Made by a program: the position numbers and the translations under genes
DNA from: Deltaproteobacteria bacterium
GTDB lineage: Bacteria; Desulfobacterota; Desulfobacteria; Desulfobacterales; JAUVKB01
Direction of reading: 5' to 3'
Length of the DNA stretch: 32,983 nucleotides
Assembly (NCBI GenBank): GCA_030596405.1
Contig: JAUVKB010000002.1
Coordinates: forward strand, 1-32,983
Shown here: in pieces, positions 1 to 9,754 of the stretch
Position numbering within the stretch: position 1 is the first letter of the stretch
Layout: each line of letters starts with the position of its first letter
Notes under the pieces: generated by a model
The model's database searches: none
What the model was told of the DNA's origin: nothing
What the model saw: only the letters and a program-made list of their open reading frames with translations

Positions 1-1205
1 AACTCGATACCAAAAACAGCCTGCCTTATTTGCTGTTCGATGTTGTTTAACGCCATGATATTTAAAACTGAACCAACTGGTAAAATGCGAATTTCAGGAT
101 CAACACTTTGGGCGATTTTTTGGTAACTTAATCTGTCAATACTTGAATCTTCTCCTTCTACAAAAACTAGTTTTTTTCCGACTGCAAACAGGCCCAAATT
201 TTGCCCAACAACTTGGACCAAATCTGGATGCTCATTGACGATATCTCCGAGTCTATGTGCTTGATTTTCACCGGTTTGAGATGAGTCTATAAAATAAACA
301 TCTCCAGTACTGTAATAAGTAGAAATCAAATCCGATGAGTGGGTCAGGAAAATATATTGGTTGGTGTGGTCTCCAATCCCCTTGAGTGATTCAATTAACT
401 GAAATGCAAGAGTTGGGTGTAAGTGCAATTCAGGCTCATCGACAATTATAATGGAATGTCGAATATCCTTTCGCGCAACATCAAATAAAATCTTGATTAT
501 TTCCTGTTCGCCAGAACTAAGGCTTCTAAAGGGTAGGGTTAAACCATCTGGAGTCTTGTATTGAAACTCAGCCGGTTTTGCTGGGTTGATATCAAGAAGC
601 TCTTTTCCTGGTAAAGTTTCTTTAAATATTTTTTGATATTTTTTAAATGGATCTGGGTATTTACTAAGTATTTCAGTTCCGGTCTGCAGAGGATCAGATT
701 TCATTACCTCTGCTAACTTCTTATCTCTAGCCGCAGATTTTTGGTGGATATAATTTACAAATTGTTGCCATCTGTTTGTAAATGTAGAAAAGTAATAATT
801 TCCGACTCCTTCAACGTCATCGGGGTCGCCGCCAAGCCAATTTACTTGACTGTATTTAACTGCTTGCACACTTCTTGTTGAATCTATCTGAACTAGAGAT
901 CCTACATATCTGCTGGAGCCATATGTCCGGCTATTAATATATTTGGCTAATGCCTGACTAGGAGTTCCTTTTGAAATTTTAATTTCACTACCATTGAAAT
1001 ACTTCTCCGCTTCCTCCTCCGGTCTGGTAGACTGAATGGTCATGTCCATCAAAGCATTCCCTTGTATTATGGAAACAATTGCATCCTTCAGCCTAGTCTT
1101 ACCCGAACCATTTGCACCAGCGATAATCACAGTATTTCCAAGACCTTCTACTGCAAAATGTTTGATAGGGCTGAAATCAGTCAACCGCATTGAGCTAATT
1201 TTCAT
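1..1205 (-). CDS. Partial CDS (C-terminus off the left edge): ABC/AAA-type ATPase fused to a DUF4435/Toprim-like region (OLD-family or fused PARIS AriA-AriB-like architecture)
   Basis: Absent from the ORF track because it runs off the window. Hand translation of the minus strand from ATG at 1205 stays open to position 1 (~401 codons): MKISSMRLTDFSPIKHFAVEGLGNTVIIAGANGSGKTRLKD... Motifs seen: Walker A GANGSGKT, ABC-signature-like LSSGEQ, Walker B IIIVDEPELHLHP, then KKLVFVEGEDSSIDRL ... ILPVGS, which resembles the Toprim/DUF4435 VEGxxD...G motif. AAAGG lies upstream of the ATG. Confidence 0.6.
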   Translation of the reverse strand, partial: MKISSMRLTDFSPIKHFAVEGLGNTVIIAGANGSGKTRLKDAIVSIIQGNALMDMTIQSTRPEEEAEKYFNGSEIKISKGTPSQALAKYINSRTYGSSRYVGSLVQIDSTRSVQAVKYSQVNWLGGDPDDVEGVGNYYFSTFTNRWQQFVNYIHQKSAARDKKLAEVMKSDPLQTGTEILSKYPDPFKKYQKIFKETLPGKELLDINPAKPAEFQYKTPDGLTLPFRSLSSGEQEIIKILFDVARKDIRHSIIIVDEPELHLHPTLAFQLIESLKGIGDHTNQYIFLTHSSDLISTYYSTGDVYFIDSSQTGENQAHRLGDIVNEHPDLVQVVGQNLGLFAVGKKLVFVEGEDSSIDRLSYQKIAQSVDPEIRILPVGSVLNIMALNNIEQQIRQAVFGIE

Positions 1206-1540
1206 ATTGGAACCTTTCTGGCGTAATTATTTTTGTCACACAACGAATTGTATTAAGCAGAAAAAAATCTGCATATTAACCCTATATATTTTCTTTATAA
1301 TATGATATTTTTGTATTTAATACAGCTTTAAAAAAAATATTATGGCATATAAGTAGAGAACATGTAAAGGAAAGGTTTCGTCCAAAACCAGGCAAGCTTT
1401 TAGAGCAGTGCGGCAGGTAATGCGTTATCATCATTACGTAATCCGGACAGAACAAACGCATGTAAATGGATAGTGGCAATTCCGGGGACACCTTAGTAAT
1501 GCCGCAATTCAGGCACAACTACTTGAAAAGACAACTCTTA

Positions 1541-1573
1541 GAAAAACGAAACCCCGCATCAATGATGCGGGGC
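1541..1573 (-). terminator. Rho-independent terminator-like hairpin downstream of tRNA-Asn (possibly bidirectional)
   Basis: Perfect 9-bp stem CCCCGCATC (1552-1560) / GATGCGGGG (1564-1572) with a 3-nt loop. The minus strand continues TTTCGTTTTT and the plus strand continues CTTTATTT. Confidence 0.6.
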
Positions 1574-1617
1574 TTTATTTGTTAAGCAACCGGTTCGAAA
1601 TGGGTTGCATTTATTGC

Positions 1618-1693
1618 TGGCTCCCCAGCACGGACTCGAACCGCGGACTTGGTGGTTAACAGCCACCCGCTCTGCCAACTGAGCTACTGGGGA
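1618..1693 (-). tRNA. tRNA-Asn (anticodon GTT), 76 nt, CCA encoded
   Basis: The reverse complement reads TCCCCAGTAGCTCAGTTGGCAGAGCGGGTGGCTGTTAACCACCAAGTCCGCGGTTCGAGTCCGTGCTGGGGAGCCA. It has a 7-bp acceptor stem, D-loop AGTTGG, anticodon arm GGTGG-CTGTTAA-CCACC and T-loop GGTTCGAGTCC. Confidence 0.9.
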
Positions 1694-1808
1694 TTATTAT
1701 AAGCAAGGGCTATTAATAGAATACTGATTAAAAATCAAGCAATTTTTTACCGTATTTTTAAAAATGTTATGTCTCTTTGTGCCCTGGTTTAAGAAAAAAC
1801 CGCTATTT

Positions 1809-2513
1809 TTACATCATTACCTCGTTACCAGGCTCAAGCACCACCACCTCAATGCCGGGGGATTCTTCTTTAATAATTTTTTCAAATGCTGAAGTATCCT
1901 GCTCCAAAATAGGGAAAGTTTTGTAATGCATGGGGATGACTTTTTTTGCACCCAATAACTTTGCCGCAAGGGATGCCTGTAGCGGATCCATGGTAAAAAC
2001 ACCACCAATGGGCAATAACGCCAGGTCAATAGGATAAAGTTCACCTAAGATTTTCATCGAATAAAATATTCCCGTGTCACCGGCATGGTAAATGGTAAAA
2101 CCGTTTTCGAGCTTTATTATATAACCTGTAGGGCTTGCTGTCTGGGAAGAATGGAAGGCCTGAGTCATTGTTATTGATATACCGTCAAAAACGACAGTGC
2201 CTCCGATATTCATACCCATTCCAAAAACAATCTGGGAATCGGGCAGGTCACCCTCCTGTTTTATTCTTTCCACCGTTTCGGGCATACCGATCAGAAGTGA
2301 ACCTGTGGCTTTTAAAATTTGAGCGGCATCCGCTGCATGATCAAAATGATCATGTGTGACCAGTACAAAATCGGCTTTTGTAATCTCATCAGCTTTAAAT
2401 GGGGCTAAGGGATTCTCCGTCAACCAGGGATCAATTATTATTACCCTTCCATTTTCAGATGTTATCTGAAAACCTGCATGCCCAAGTGATTTAATTTTAA
2501 GACTTTTTTCCAT
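1809..2513 (-). CDS. Metallo-beta-lactamase-fold metal-dependent hydrolase (UPF0173-like)
   Basis: 234-aa ORF with HAGFQI...IIIDPW...VLVTHDHFDHAAD (HxHxDH zinc motif) and a later YHAGDTG. AGGAGG lies upstream of the ATG. Confidence 0.8.
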   Translation of the reverse strand: MEKSLKIKSLGHAGFQITSENGRVIIIDPWLTENPLAPFKADEITKADFVLVTHDHFDHAADAAQILKATGSLLIGMPETVERIKQEGDLPDSQIVFGMGMNIGGTVVFDGISITMTQAFHSSQTASPTGYIIKLENGFTIYHAGDTGIFYSMKILGELYPIDLALLPIGGVFTMDPLQASLAAKLLGAKKVIPMHYKTFPILEQDTSAFEKIIKEESPGIEVVVLEPGNEVMM

Positions 2514-2700
2514 GTATGCGCCTCCTTTGTCTATAAGTGCTCATATTTTAAACCCTTGCACCGTGCGAGAAAGGGCTTGGCCGTCATGTTAATACCGATC
2601 TGGAAAATACGGATAAAAACAATATTATCTGCAAATTCTCTTTTAGATATCACTTCAAAATGTTATTTATAGCTTTTAGCCGTGATTTACTTGAATTTAG

Positions 2701-2776
2701 TGGAGCCGGCGGGCGGATTCGAACCGCCTACCTGCTGATTACGAATCAGCTGCTCTACCAACTGAGCTACGCCGGC
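2701..2776 (-). tRNA. tRNA-Thr (anticodon CGT), 76 nt, CCA encoded
   Basis: The reverse complement reads GCCGGCGTAGCTCAGTTGGTAGAGCAGCTGATTCGTAATCAGCAGGTAGGCGGTTCGAATCCGCCCGCCGGCTCCA. The cloverleaf arms pair perfectly; the anticodon loop is TTCGTAA. Confidence 0.9.
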
Positions 2777-2786
2777 GCATGCAATA

Positions 2787-5700
2787 ATGCAACATACATT
2801 TAAAATAAATAATCTTAATATGGTACAAAATCAAGAAAATATTTCACTGTTTTCATTGGTCAGGCAAGTCCATGACAGGACTTCACACATTGAATGCTCG
2901 GGTCTGGAAGGATCTGAAAAGGCTTATCTTGTTTCAAAATTATATATTGAACAGAAAAAACCTGTTATTATTATAGCGCCTTCTCAAAGAGACGGGGAAA
3001 GATTTTTGGAAGACCTCCATTTTTTTTTAAAAGATATCTCACCCCCTGTCATATATTTCCCCTCTTACAATATCCTGCCGTTTACGCCTGTCTCCTATCA
3101 CACGGAAACGGCTGCGAGACGGATCAGCGCTCTTTTCCGGTTAACTGAAGGCGGCAAAGAGGCAATTGTGATTACAACGGTTCAGGGTTTGCTGCAAAAA
3201 CTTATCCCGAAACAGGAAATTTACGATTACGCAGAACTTGTAATGGTTGGAGAAGATATTGAACAAAATTTTTTGATAAACAAATTGATTTCGGGTGGTT
3301 ATGTCCGTTCAACGATCGTTGAGGAACCCGGAGATTTTTGTGTGAGAGGGGGGATTATCGATATTTTTTCCCCGCTTTATCCTGATCCGGTAAGGGTAGA
3401 ATTTTTCGGTGACACCGTTGATTCTTTAAGATTTTTTTCCGCGGCCAGCCAGCGGAAAACAGAAAGTATATCTGAAGCCGTTATCCTGCCTGCAAGGGAA
3501 ACAATTTTGAAAATGGAGCGTATTGATCATATTGTCGAGACGATAAGGGAGTATGCATACGACTTTGATATGCCCGCAACCAGGGTGAGAGAGCTGATTG
3601 ACAAGATCAAAAAAGAGGGTGTATTCCCCGGAATTGAGAGCCTTATCCCGTTAATCTATCCAAGGCTTGATACTCTTTTTAATTATGTTCCGGAAAATGC
3701 GATCTTTACACTGATCGAACCGAATGAATTAGAAAAGGCGGCAGACAAGTTTGAAGAACAGATATCAAAAAGCTATATGTCTGCGCTAAAAGAAGATGTT
3801 CTTTGTGTTAAACCGGATGCCCTTTATCTAAGATGGGCGGAAGCGCGAGAGACAATTTCGCAAAAAAAGCCGTTGGTCCTTAAAATGCTCCCCGTGGCCG
3901 TAGAATGTGACAAAAGAGCAGAACCGTCTCCCCGGTACAATTTTTCCGTAAAAAATAATAGCGCGGTATCTGCCGAAATAAAGAATTACCGGGGAAAAGA
4001 CAACCTGTTATCGCCCGTTGCAAACTGGGTATATGACAAAAAGGAGTATGGATGTACTGTAATTTTTGTTTGCAGTGTCCGGTCACAGGCTGACAGATTA
4101 ACATCGCTTCTGGCGCCGTATAATATCCAAATGGAGATTATTGACGGCTTTCCGGACAGTTCCCGCATAAAAACCGGGCATGTATATGTCTGTCTTGGCC
4201 TGATTTCCTCTGGTTTCTTCTGGCAGAATGAATCTCTTGCCATAATTTCCGAAAATGAAATTTTTGGCGCAAAACACCACGGAAGAAGAACAGACAGACA
4301 AAAGCTCCAAACAAAACTGCTTGCATTTGAAGATTTGAAAAAAAGTGATCTTGTCGTACACATCGAACACGGCATCGGCCGTTATGAAGGCCTGGTCAAA
4401 ATGAAGATAGAGGGAGCAACAAATGATTATCTGCTTTTAACCTATAAGGATGAGGACAAACTTTATCTGCCCGTTTACAGGATGAACATGGCAAGCAAAT
4501 ACATGGGCGTGGACGGAATTGTGCCGGTCCTCGATAAAATGGGCGGAAAATCATGGAATCGTGTAAAATCAAAAATAAAAAAATCGGTGGAGAAAATTGC
4601 CGGTGAGCTCCTTAAGCTATATGCCGTGCGGAAAGTGCAAAAAGGTATCGCCTATAAAGAGCTTGACGGTTATTTTCAGGATTTTGCGGCTGGTTTCCCA
4701 TATGAAGAAACAGCGGATCAGTTAAAAGCCATAGATGATGTCATAGATGACATGAAGTCATCTATGCCCATGGACAGGCTTGTGTGCGGTGACGTGGGAT
4801 ATGGAAAAACCGAGGTGGCGCTGCGCGCATCGTTTTTAACCGTTAATAACGGCAAACAGGTCGCAATACTCGTCCCTACCACGGTGCTCGCACAGCAGCA
4901 TTTTGAAACTTTTACCGAGAGGTTTAAGCGGTATTCCGTAAATATTGAATGTTTAAGCAGATTTAAAAAAGCTAAAGAACAGCGTATCATCATAGATAAT
5001 ATCAAGACGGGTAAGGTCGATATTGTCATAGGAACCCACAGGCTTCTTCAGAAGGATATAAATTTTAAAGATATTGGGCTTATTGTTCTTGACGAGGAGC
5101 AGCGGTTTGGCGTCAAACATAAAGAAAAATTGAAAAAAATAAAGGGAACTGTAGATGTGCTGGCATTAACGGCAACCCCAATACCGCGAACACTTCATAT
5201 GTCGATGATGGGCATACGCGATATAAGTGTGATTTCAACACCGCCGGAGCAGCGCCGTGCGATTATCACATATATTTCAGAATTTGATGATACGATTATT
5301 TCGGAAGCAGTTAGAAGGGAGATCAATAGAAAGGGACAGATTTTTTTTGTACACAACAATATCAAGAACATATGGTCTGTCGCAAAAAAATTACAGGAAC
5401 TTGTACCGGAAGTCAGGCTTGACGTGGCCCACGGTCGTTTGACCGAAAATGAGCTGGAAAAGGTAATGTTCCGGTTCCTGCACAAAGAGATAGATATGCT
5501 GGTTTGCACCACGATCATAGAATCCGGCCTCGATATATCTTCAGCCAACACCATACTGGTAAACCGGGCGGACAGGATGGGACTGTCTCAGATTTACCAG
5601 TTGCGGGGGCGTGTTGGGAGGTCGGATGAGCAGGCATATGCATATCTTTTTATCCCCAATGAAAGCATTTTAAGCAAAAATGCCAAAAAACGTCTTAAGG

Positions 5701-6338
5701 TGCTGATGGAACACAGTGATCTCGGCTCAGGATTCCAGATAGCCATGAGTGATTTGCAGATCAGGGGAGGCGGCACAATACTCGGTGCGTCCCAGTCGGG
5801 GCATATCGCCGCGGTGGGCTATGACATGTTTCTTAAGCTCATGGAAAATGCAATGTCTGAATTAAAAGGAAAACCGGTTTGCGAACCTCTGGACCCGGAA
5901 ATTAATATTACTATATCCGCTTTTATTCCCGAATCTTATATACCTGATATTGATCAGAGACTTTTGGCATACCGCCGCCTGTCAAAAATGGCATCACTTA
6001 AAGAGATTTCAGATTTTAAAATAGAGCTAAAAGACCGTTTTGGCGAATTGCCGGTTGAAGCCGCCAATCTTCTGATAAAAATCATGCTTAGAGTATTGGC
6101 CATAGAAGCAGGGGTGAAAAGGCTTGACTTGAGGGATTCACAGCTTCTGATTCACCTTTCGGAAGCGCACTGGAAATCCTCTTTTGCTATTATTGACATG
6201 ATCACTGCAGGCAGAAAGCTTTTTGATGTTACCAGGGATAACGTGCTTAGAGTAAAGCTGTTAAAACAGGGGACAACCGGTCTTTTTTTTCAGGCCAAAA
6301 ACATCTTGAAAGAAATTGCGCAGCATGTTAACGGCTGA
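2787..6338 (+). CDS. mfd: Transcription-repair coupling factor
   Basis: 1183 aa. It has a CarD/TRCF-like segment (VVHIEHGIGRYEGL...DKLYLPV), helicase motifs GDVGYGKTEVALRA, DEEQRFGV, TATPIPRT and QLRGRVGRS, and a C-terminal TRCF domain. The start may instead be the ATG at 2820 (MVQNQ...), because 2787 lies only 10 nt from the divergent tRNA-Thr. Confidence 0.95.
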   Translation: MQHTFKINNLNMVQNQENISLFSLVRQVHDRTSHIECSGLEGSEKAYLVSKLYIEQKKPVIIIAPSQRDGERFLEDLHFFLKDISPPVIYFPSYNILPFTPVSYHTETAARRISALFRLTEGGKEAIVITTVQGLLQKLIPKQEIYDYAELVMVGEDIEQNFLINKLISGGYVRSTIVEEPGDFCVRGGIIDIFSPLYPDPVRVEFFGDTVDSLRFFSAASQRKTESISEAVILPARETILKMERIDHIVETIREYAYDFDMPATRVRELIDKIKKEGVFPGIESLIPLIYPRLDTLFNYVPENAIFTLIEPNELEKAADKFEEQISKSYMSALKEDVLCVKPDALYLRWAEARETISQKKPLVLKMLPVAVECDKRAEPSPRYNFSVKNNSAVSAEIKNYRGKDNLLSPVANWVYDKKEYGCTVIFVCSVRSQADRLTSLLAPYNIQMEIIDGFPDSSRIKTGHVYVCLGLISSGFFWQNESLAIISENEIFGAKHHGRRTDRQKLQTKLLAFEDLKKSDLVVHIEHGIGRYEGLVKMKIEGATNDYLLLTYKDEDKLYLPVYRMNMASKYMGVDGIVPVLDKMGGKSWNRVKSKIKKSVEKIAGELLKLYAVRKVQKGIAYKELDGYFQDFAAGFPYEETADQLKAIDDVIDDMKSSMPMDRLVCGDVGYGKTEVALRASFLTVNNGKQVAILVPTTVLAQQHFETFTERFKRYSVNIECLSRFKKAKEQRIIIDNIKTGKVDIVIGTHRLLQKDINFKDIGLIVLDEEQRFGVKHKEKLKKIKGTVDVLALTATPIPRTLHMSMMGIRDISVISTPPEQRRAIITYISEFDDTIISEAVRREINRKGQIFFVHNNIKNIWSVAKKLQELVPEVRLDVAHGRLTENELEKVMFRFLHKEIDMLVCTTIIESGLDISSANTILVNRADRMGLSQIYQLRGRVGRSDEQAYAYLFIPNESILSKNAKKRLKVLMEHSDLGSGFQIAMSDLQIRGGGTILGASQSGHIAAVGYDMFLKLMENAMSELKGKPVCEPLDPEINITISAFIPESYIPDIDQRLLAYRRLSKMASLKEISDFKIELKDRFGELPVEAANLLIKIMLRVLAIEAGVKRLDLRDSQLLIHLSEAHWKSSFAIIDMITAGRKLFDVTRDNVLRVKLLKQGTTGLFFQAKNILKEIAQHVNG

Positions 6339-6462
6339 ACACTTTTTGCCTGTTTATTAATGTCGCGAAACCTTCTTGCCGGTTGTCAATGATAAAATTT
6401 TATTGTGTTGTAATATTTTAGCTTTTACATGATGCTCAGGACAATCGGGCAAATCAGGACCA

Positions 6463-7515
6463 TTGGAATCAGATAGTTTTAGCCGGGATTTTGGAAATAT
6501 AATGACAACCTTTTGTTTTAATAAAATAATTAATAGTTTTGCATATCGTGTTTTATATATTGCTGTTTGCTGTCTGTTCGGTTTTTTCACAATTGTCGAG
6601 GCAAAAGAGGCAAAAATTGTTGATCGGATCGTTGCGGTGGTTAATAATGATATAATTACACTTTTCGACTTGAACCAGGCGACTGGCCCCTATCTGGGAA
6701 AAATCAAAGAGGATGAGTACCCTGCTGAAAAGGAAAAACAAATTCTCTTTAAGCTTCGAGGGGATATTTTGAATCAACTTGTCGATGAAAAACTTACGGA
6801 TCAGGAGATAATACGTTCCAGCATTTCGATCAGCAAAAACGAAGTTGACAATGCAATTGAACATATCAAGGAGCTAAACTATTATACTGATGAAGATCTG
6901 AGAAAACAATTGCTCATGGAAGGGTCCAGCCTTGAAAAGTATCGTGAAAATTTAAAAAAACAGATGCTTAGAGCAAAACTTATCGATTTTGAGATAAAAT
7001 CCAGGATCGTAATTACCGAAAAAGATATAAGTTCATATTATGAAAGCCACCAGGAATTGTATGGCGGGGAAGAAAAATACCATCTTAAAAACATTATCAT
7101 GAAGGCCCCTATTTTTGCCGACAAAAAAGAAAAACTTGCTGTATTGAAAAGAATGGAGATGGTAATGGAAAAGATAGAAAAGGGGGAATCTTTTGAAGAA
7201 ACGGCAAAAACTTACTCTGAATCAAGTTTGGCTGCCGAAGGAGGAGACCTTGGCCTGTTTAATATAAACGATCTGTCCCCACAGCTCCAGGATGCGATCA
7301 GAGGGCTGAAGGCCGGTGATTTCACGCCTGTTCTTGATACCGAGCAGGGATATCAGATCTTTTTTATTCAGGATATCGTCACGACTGAAGGAAAATCCTT
7401 AGAGGAGGCATCTGCCGATATTAGAGACAAGCTTTACCGTGACATAGTTGATGAAAAATTTCGCACATGGATAAAAGACCTGCGCAAGCGGTCTCTGACC
7501 AAAATTATAAGATAG
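6463..7515 (+). CDS. SurA-like periplasmic chaperone / PpiC-type peptidyl-prolyl cis-trans isomerase
   Basis: Signal-peptide-like LYIAVCCLFGFFTIVEA, a SurA_N-like IVDRIVAVVNNDIITLFDL, and a C-terminal parvulin motif GGDLGLF...GYQIFFIQD. A more likely start is the ATG at 6502 (MTTFCF...). Confidence 0.8.
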   Translation: MESDSFSRDFGNIMTTFCFNKIINSFAYRVLYIAVCCLFGFFTIVEAKEAKIVDRIVAVVNNDIITLFDLNQATGPYLGKIKEDEYPAEKEKQILFKLRGDILNQLVDEKLTDQEIIRSSISISKNEVDNAIEHIKELNYYTDEDLRKQLLMEGSSLEKYRENLKKQMLRAKLIDFEIKSRIVITEKDISSYYESHQELYGGEEKYHLKNIIMKAPIFADKKEKLAVLKRMEMVMEKIEKGESFEETAKTYSESSLAAEGGDLGLFNINDLSPQLQDAIRGLKAGDFTPVLDTEQGYQIFFIQDIVTTEGKSLEEASADIRDKLYRDIVDEKFRTWIKDLRKRSLTKIIR

Positions 7516-7585
7516 TATTTGCGGCGGCCCCGTAAAAAATCCAGCTTGATTTTAATCGTTAATCAATTTTTTCAAAAAAATTGGT

Positions 7586-8395
7586 GTGGCTATGGAAAAA
7601 ATGCCGGACAACAATTCTCTTTCACCCGAGCCTATTTCACCCGGGTCTCTTTCATTTGGACGTTATCTTAAAACCGTCAGACTTGAAAGGGGTATAGAGC
7701 TTGAAACGGTCTCGAAAAAAACCAGGATAACAAAAGACAATCTTCTGCTTATTGAGGCCCAGGACAATGATCGACTCCCTGCGGAAGTTTATGTGAAGGG
7801 TTTTTTACGTTCCTATGCAGAAGCCGTGGGTGCGGACAGTAAAGAGGTTATTAGACTTTATATGTCCCGGCACGATGTTTCACGGAAAAAATCGAGGCAT
7901 TCTTGCATCTGTTATAGAATATTAAATATAAAAGCATGGCCTCGTATACTGATATCTTTTGGATTAGCGGGTTGTATTATTGCTTTATCTGTTTTTGTTA
8001 TATCTGCTTTTCATGGCAAGCAGCCCGCAAATGACATATTAAACCACACGGCGCTCAGTAAAGAAAAACAAAACATGGAGCCCGATTTCACAAAATCGGA
8101 TATTTTTAATAAGGATGCTCCAATAAAACAGTATGCTGAAAATATTCAGAACAAGTTGTTGCTAAAGATAATAACAGTCGAAAAAACCTGGATGAAAGTC
8201 ATTATTGACTGCCAGAGTCCAAAAAAGTATAGCCTTAATCCCGGAGACCGATTGGAGATTGAGGCATCTTCCGGTTTTAACCTTTTAATCGGCAATGCAG
8301 GCGGGGTCAAACTGACCCTGAACGGCAAACCCGTTAGTATTCCGGGAAAACCCGGGCAGGTGATAAACCTGCAAATTCCGCAATCTGACGGATAA
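7586..8395 (+). CDS. RodZ-like protein: XRE-type HTH, single TM segment, C-terminal DUF4115-like domain
   Basis: FGRYLKTVRLERGIELETVSKKTRITKDNLLLIE...VYVKGFLRSYAEAVG (RodZ-type HTH), TM segment ILISFGLAGCIIALSVFVISAF, and C-terminal TWMKVIIDCQ...LLIGNAGGVKLTLNGKPV. GTG at 7586 or ATG at 7592. Confidence 0.7.
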   Translation: MAMEKMPDNNSLSPEPISPGSLSFGRYLKTVRLERGIELETVSKKTRITKDNLLLIEAQDNDRLPAEVYVKGFLRSYAEAVGADSKEVIRLYMSRHDVSRKKSRHSCICYRILNIKAWPRILISFGLAGCIIALSVFVISAFHGKQPANDILNHTALSKEKQNMEPDFTKSDIFNKDAPIKQYAENIQNKLLLKIITVEKTWMKVIIDCQSPKKYSLNPGDRLEIEASSGFNLLIGNAGGVKLTLNGKPVSIPGKPGQVINLQIPQSDG

Positions 8396-8398
8396 ACC

Positions 8399-9754
8399 AT
8401 GATGGAAACCGACCGAAATAAAATACTTATTGAAAGCATCAAGAGACTGCTGAGAAGAGGGTCTACGACCCATTTGCGCAAACTCGTGAACAAAACTCAC
8501 GGGGCTGATCTGTCTGTGCTCTTCCGTTCTCTATCGCTTTCCAACCAGCATAAGCTTTTTGGCATGATAGAAGACGTCGAACAAAAAGCCACCCTTTTCA
8601 GCGAATTTGATGAAGTAGATTTCATAAATTTCATTGAGAATATGGAGTTGGATGAGGTCGTTGAAATTTTAGAACACATGCCTGTCGATGACGTTGCCGA
8701 TCTGATCGGACGCATGCCCGAAGAAAAATCCGGCAAGATTCTTGAAAAGATGAAAAAAGAGGGTTCCGATGAGGTCGAAGATCTGCTCCGTTATGAAGAT
8801 GATACGGCAGGCGGGATCATGGTTCCCGATTTTATCGCATTAAAAGAGGATACAACGGCAAAAAAGGCGATCGAATCTCTTCAAAAGGAATATATGGACG
8901 TTGAGATGCCGTTCTATCTTTATGCGGTGGATGAATACGACAAACTGGTGGGGGTCAGCTCGTTAAGAGAGCTCGTGGTGGTTCCGCCTGAAACACCCCT
9001 TAAAGACTTTATGACAACAGACGTATTTGCCGTCAGAACCGACATGGATCAGGAGGAAGTTGCAAAGATTGTTGCGCGTTATGACATTCTCGCCGTGCCG
9101 GTTGTGGATGACACAAACAGGCTGGTGGGCATAGTCACTGTTGATGATGTTATCGACATTTTCAGAAAAGAAGCAACAGAAGACATATTAAAAATGGCCG
9201 GCGTGGGCGAGGAGTTTGTTGAGACCCAGTCTATTGTCAGAAGCACGAAGATACGTCTTCCCTGGCTGCTTGCAAGCTGTATGGGGGGAGTAGTCGCTTT
9301 TTTCATAATAAATCATTTTGAACAGAGTCTGAATAAATTTATATATCTTGCGGCATTTATCCCCGTTATTATGGGTATGGGTGGAAACGTGGGAACCCAG
9401 TCCTCCACCATTGTAGTGCGGGGTCTTGCAACAGGGCGGCTCCATGTAAGAGACATCTGGTCCGTTGTTTTTAAAGAATTTTCCGTCGGTTTGATTCTCG
9501 GTCTGGTTTATGGAGCGCTAATCGGTATAGTGGCACAGGCCCGGTACAGCATGCTGTTTCTTGCCTTAACCGTAGGAGTTTCGGTAGTCAGTTCCATGAC
9601 CATTGCCGCATTGGTAGGATCGATGGTGCCGATGATATTTGCAAGGATAAATGTCGATCCCGCCGTAGCTGCAGGCCCTTTTGTAACAACGGCCATCGAT
9701 ATCATCAGCGTCTTTTTCTATTTTCAAATCGCAACAACTCTGCTTGGCATATAG
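8399..9754 (+). CDS. mgtE: Magnesium transporter MgtE (MgtE_N + CBS pair + TM domain)
   Basis: 451 aa. It has an N-terminal acidic MgtE_N region, a CBS pair (LVGVSSLRELV..., LVGIVTVDDVIDI) and a C-terminal TM domain with PVIMGMGGNVGTQSST and PFVTTAIDI motifs. Confidence 0.93.
   Translation: MMETDRNKILIESIKRLLRRGSTTHLRKLVNKTHGADLSVLFRSLSLSNQHKLFGMIEDVEQKATLFSEFDEVDFINFIENMELDEVVEILEHMPVDDVADLIGRMPEEKSGKILEKMKKEGSDEVEDLLRYEDDTAGGIMVPDFIALKEDTTAKKAIESLQKEYMDVEMPFYLYAVDEYDKLVGVSSLRELVVVPPETPLKDFMTTDVFAVRTDMDQEEVAKIVARYDILAVPVVDDTNRLVGIVTVDDVIDIFRKEATEDILKMAGVGEEFVETQSIVRSTKIRLPWLLASCMGGVVAFFIINHFEQSLNKFIYLAAFIPVIMGMGGNVGTQSSTIVVRGLATGRLHVRDIWSVVFKEFSVGLILGLVYGALIGIVAQARYSMLFLALTVGVSVVSSMTIAALVGSMVPMIFARINVDPAVAAGPFVTTAIDIISVFFYFQIATTLLGI

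Noticed and set aside
1036-1518. Track ORFs 1036-1305 (+, 89 aa) and 1282-1518 (-, 78 aa)
   Set aside because: The first is antisense to the clearly coding ATPase gene and is low-complexity. The second lies in AT-rich intergenic DNA, has no RBS and has an implausible Cys/Leu/Phe-rich composition. Both are treated as spurious.
1586-1612. Hairpin GCAACC...GGTTGC containing GGTTCGAAA, which looks like a tRNA T-arm fragment or att-site remnant next to tRNA-Asn
   Set aside because: The stem does not fold as a proper 5-bp T-arm with a 7-nt loop, and it does not match the tRNA-Asn 3' sequence. I found no second copy of the tRNA 3' end in the window, so there is no support for an att repeat.
2787-2819. 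First 11 codons of the mfd track ORF
   Set aside because: Not rejected outright, but ATG 2787 is only 10 nt from the divergent tRNA-Thr 5' end. ATG 2820 is an equally plausible start, so the 5' boundary is uncertain.
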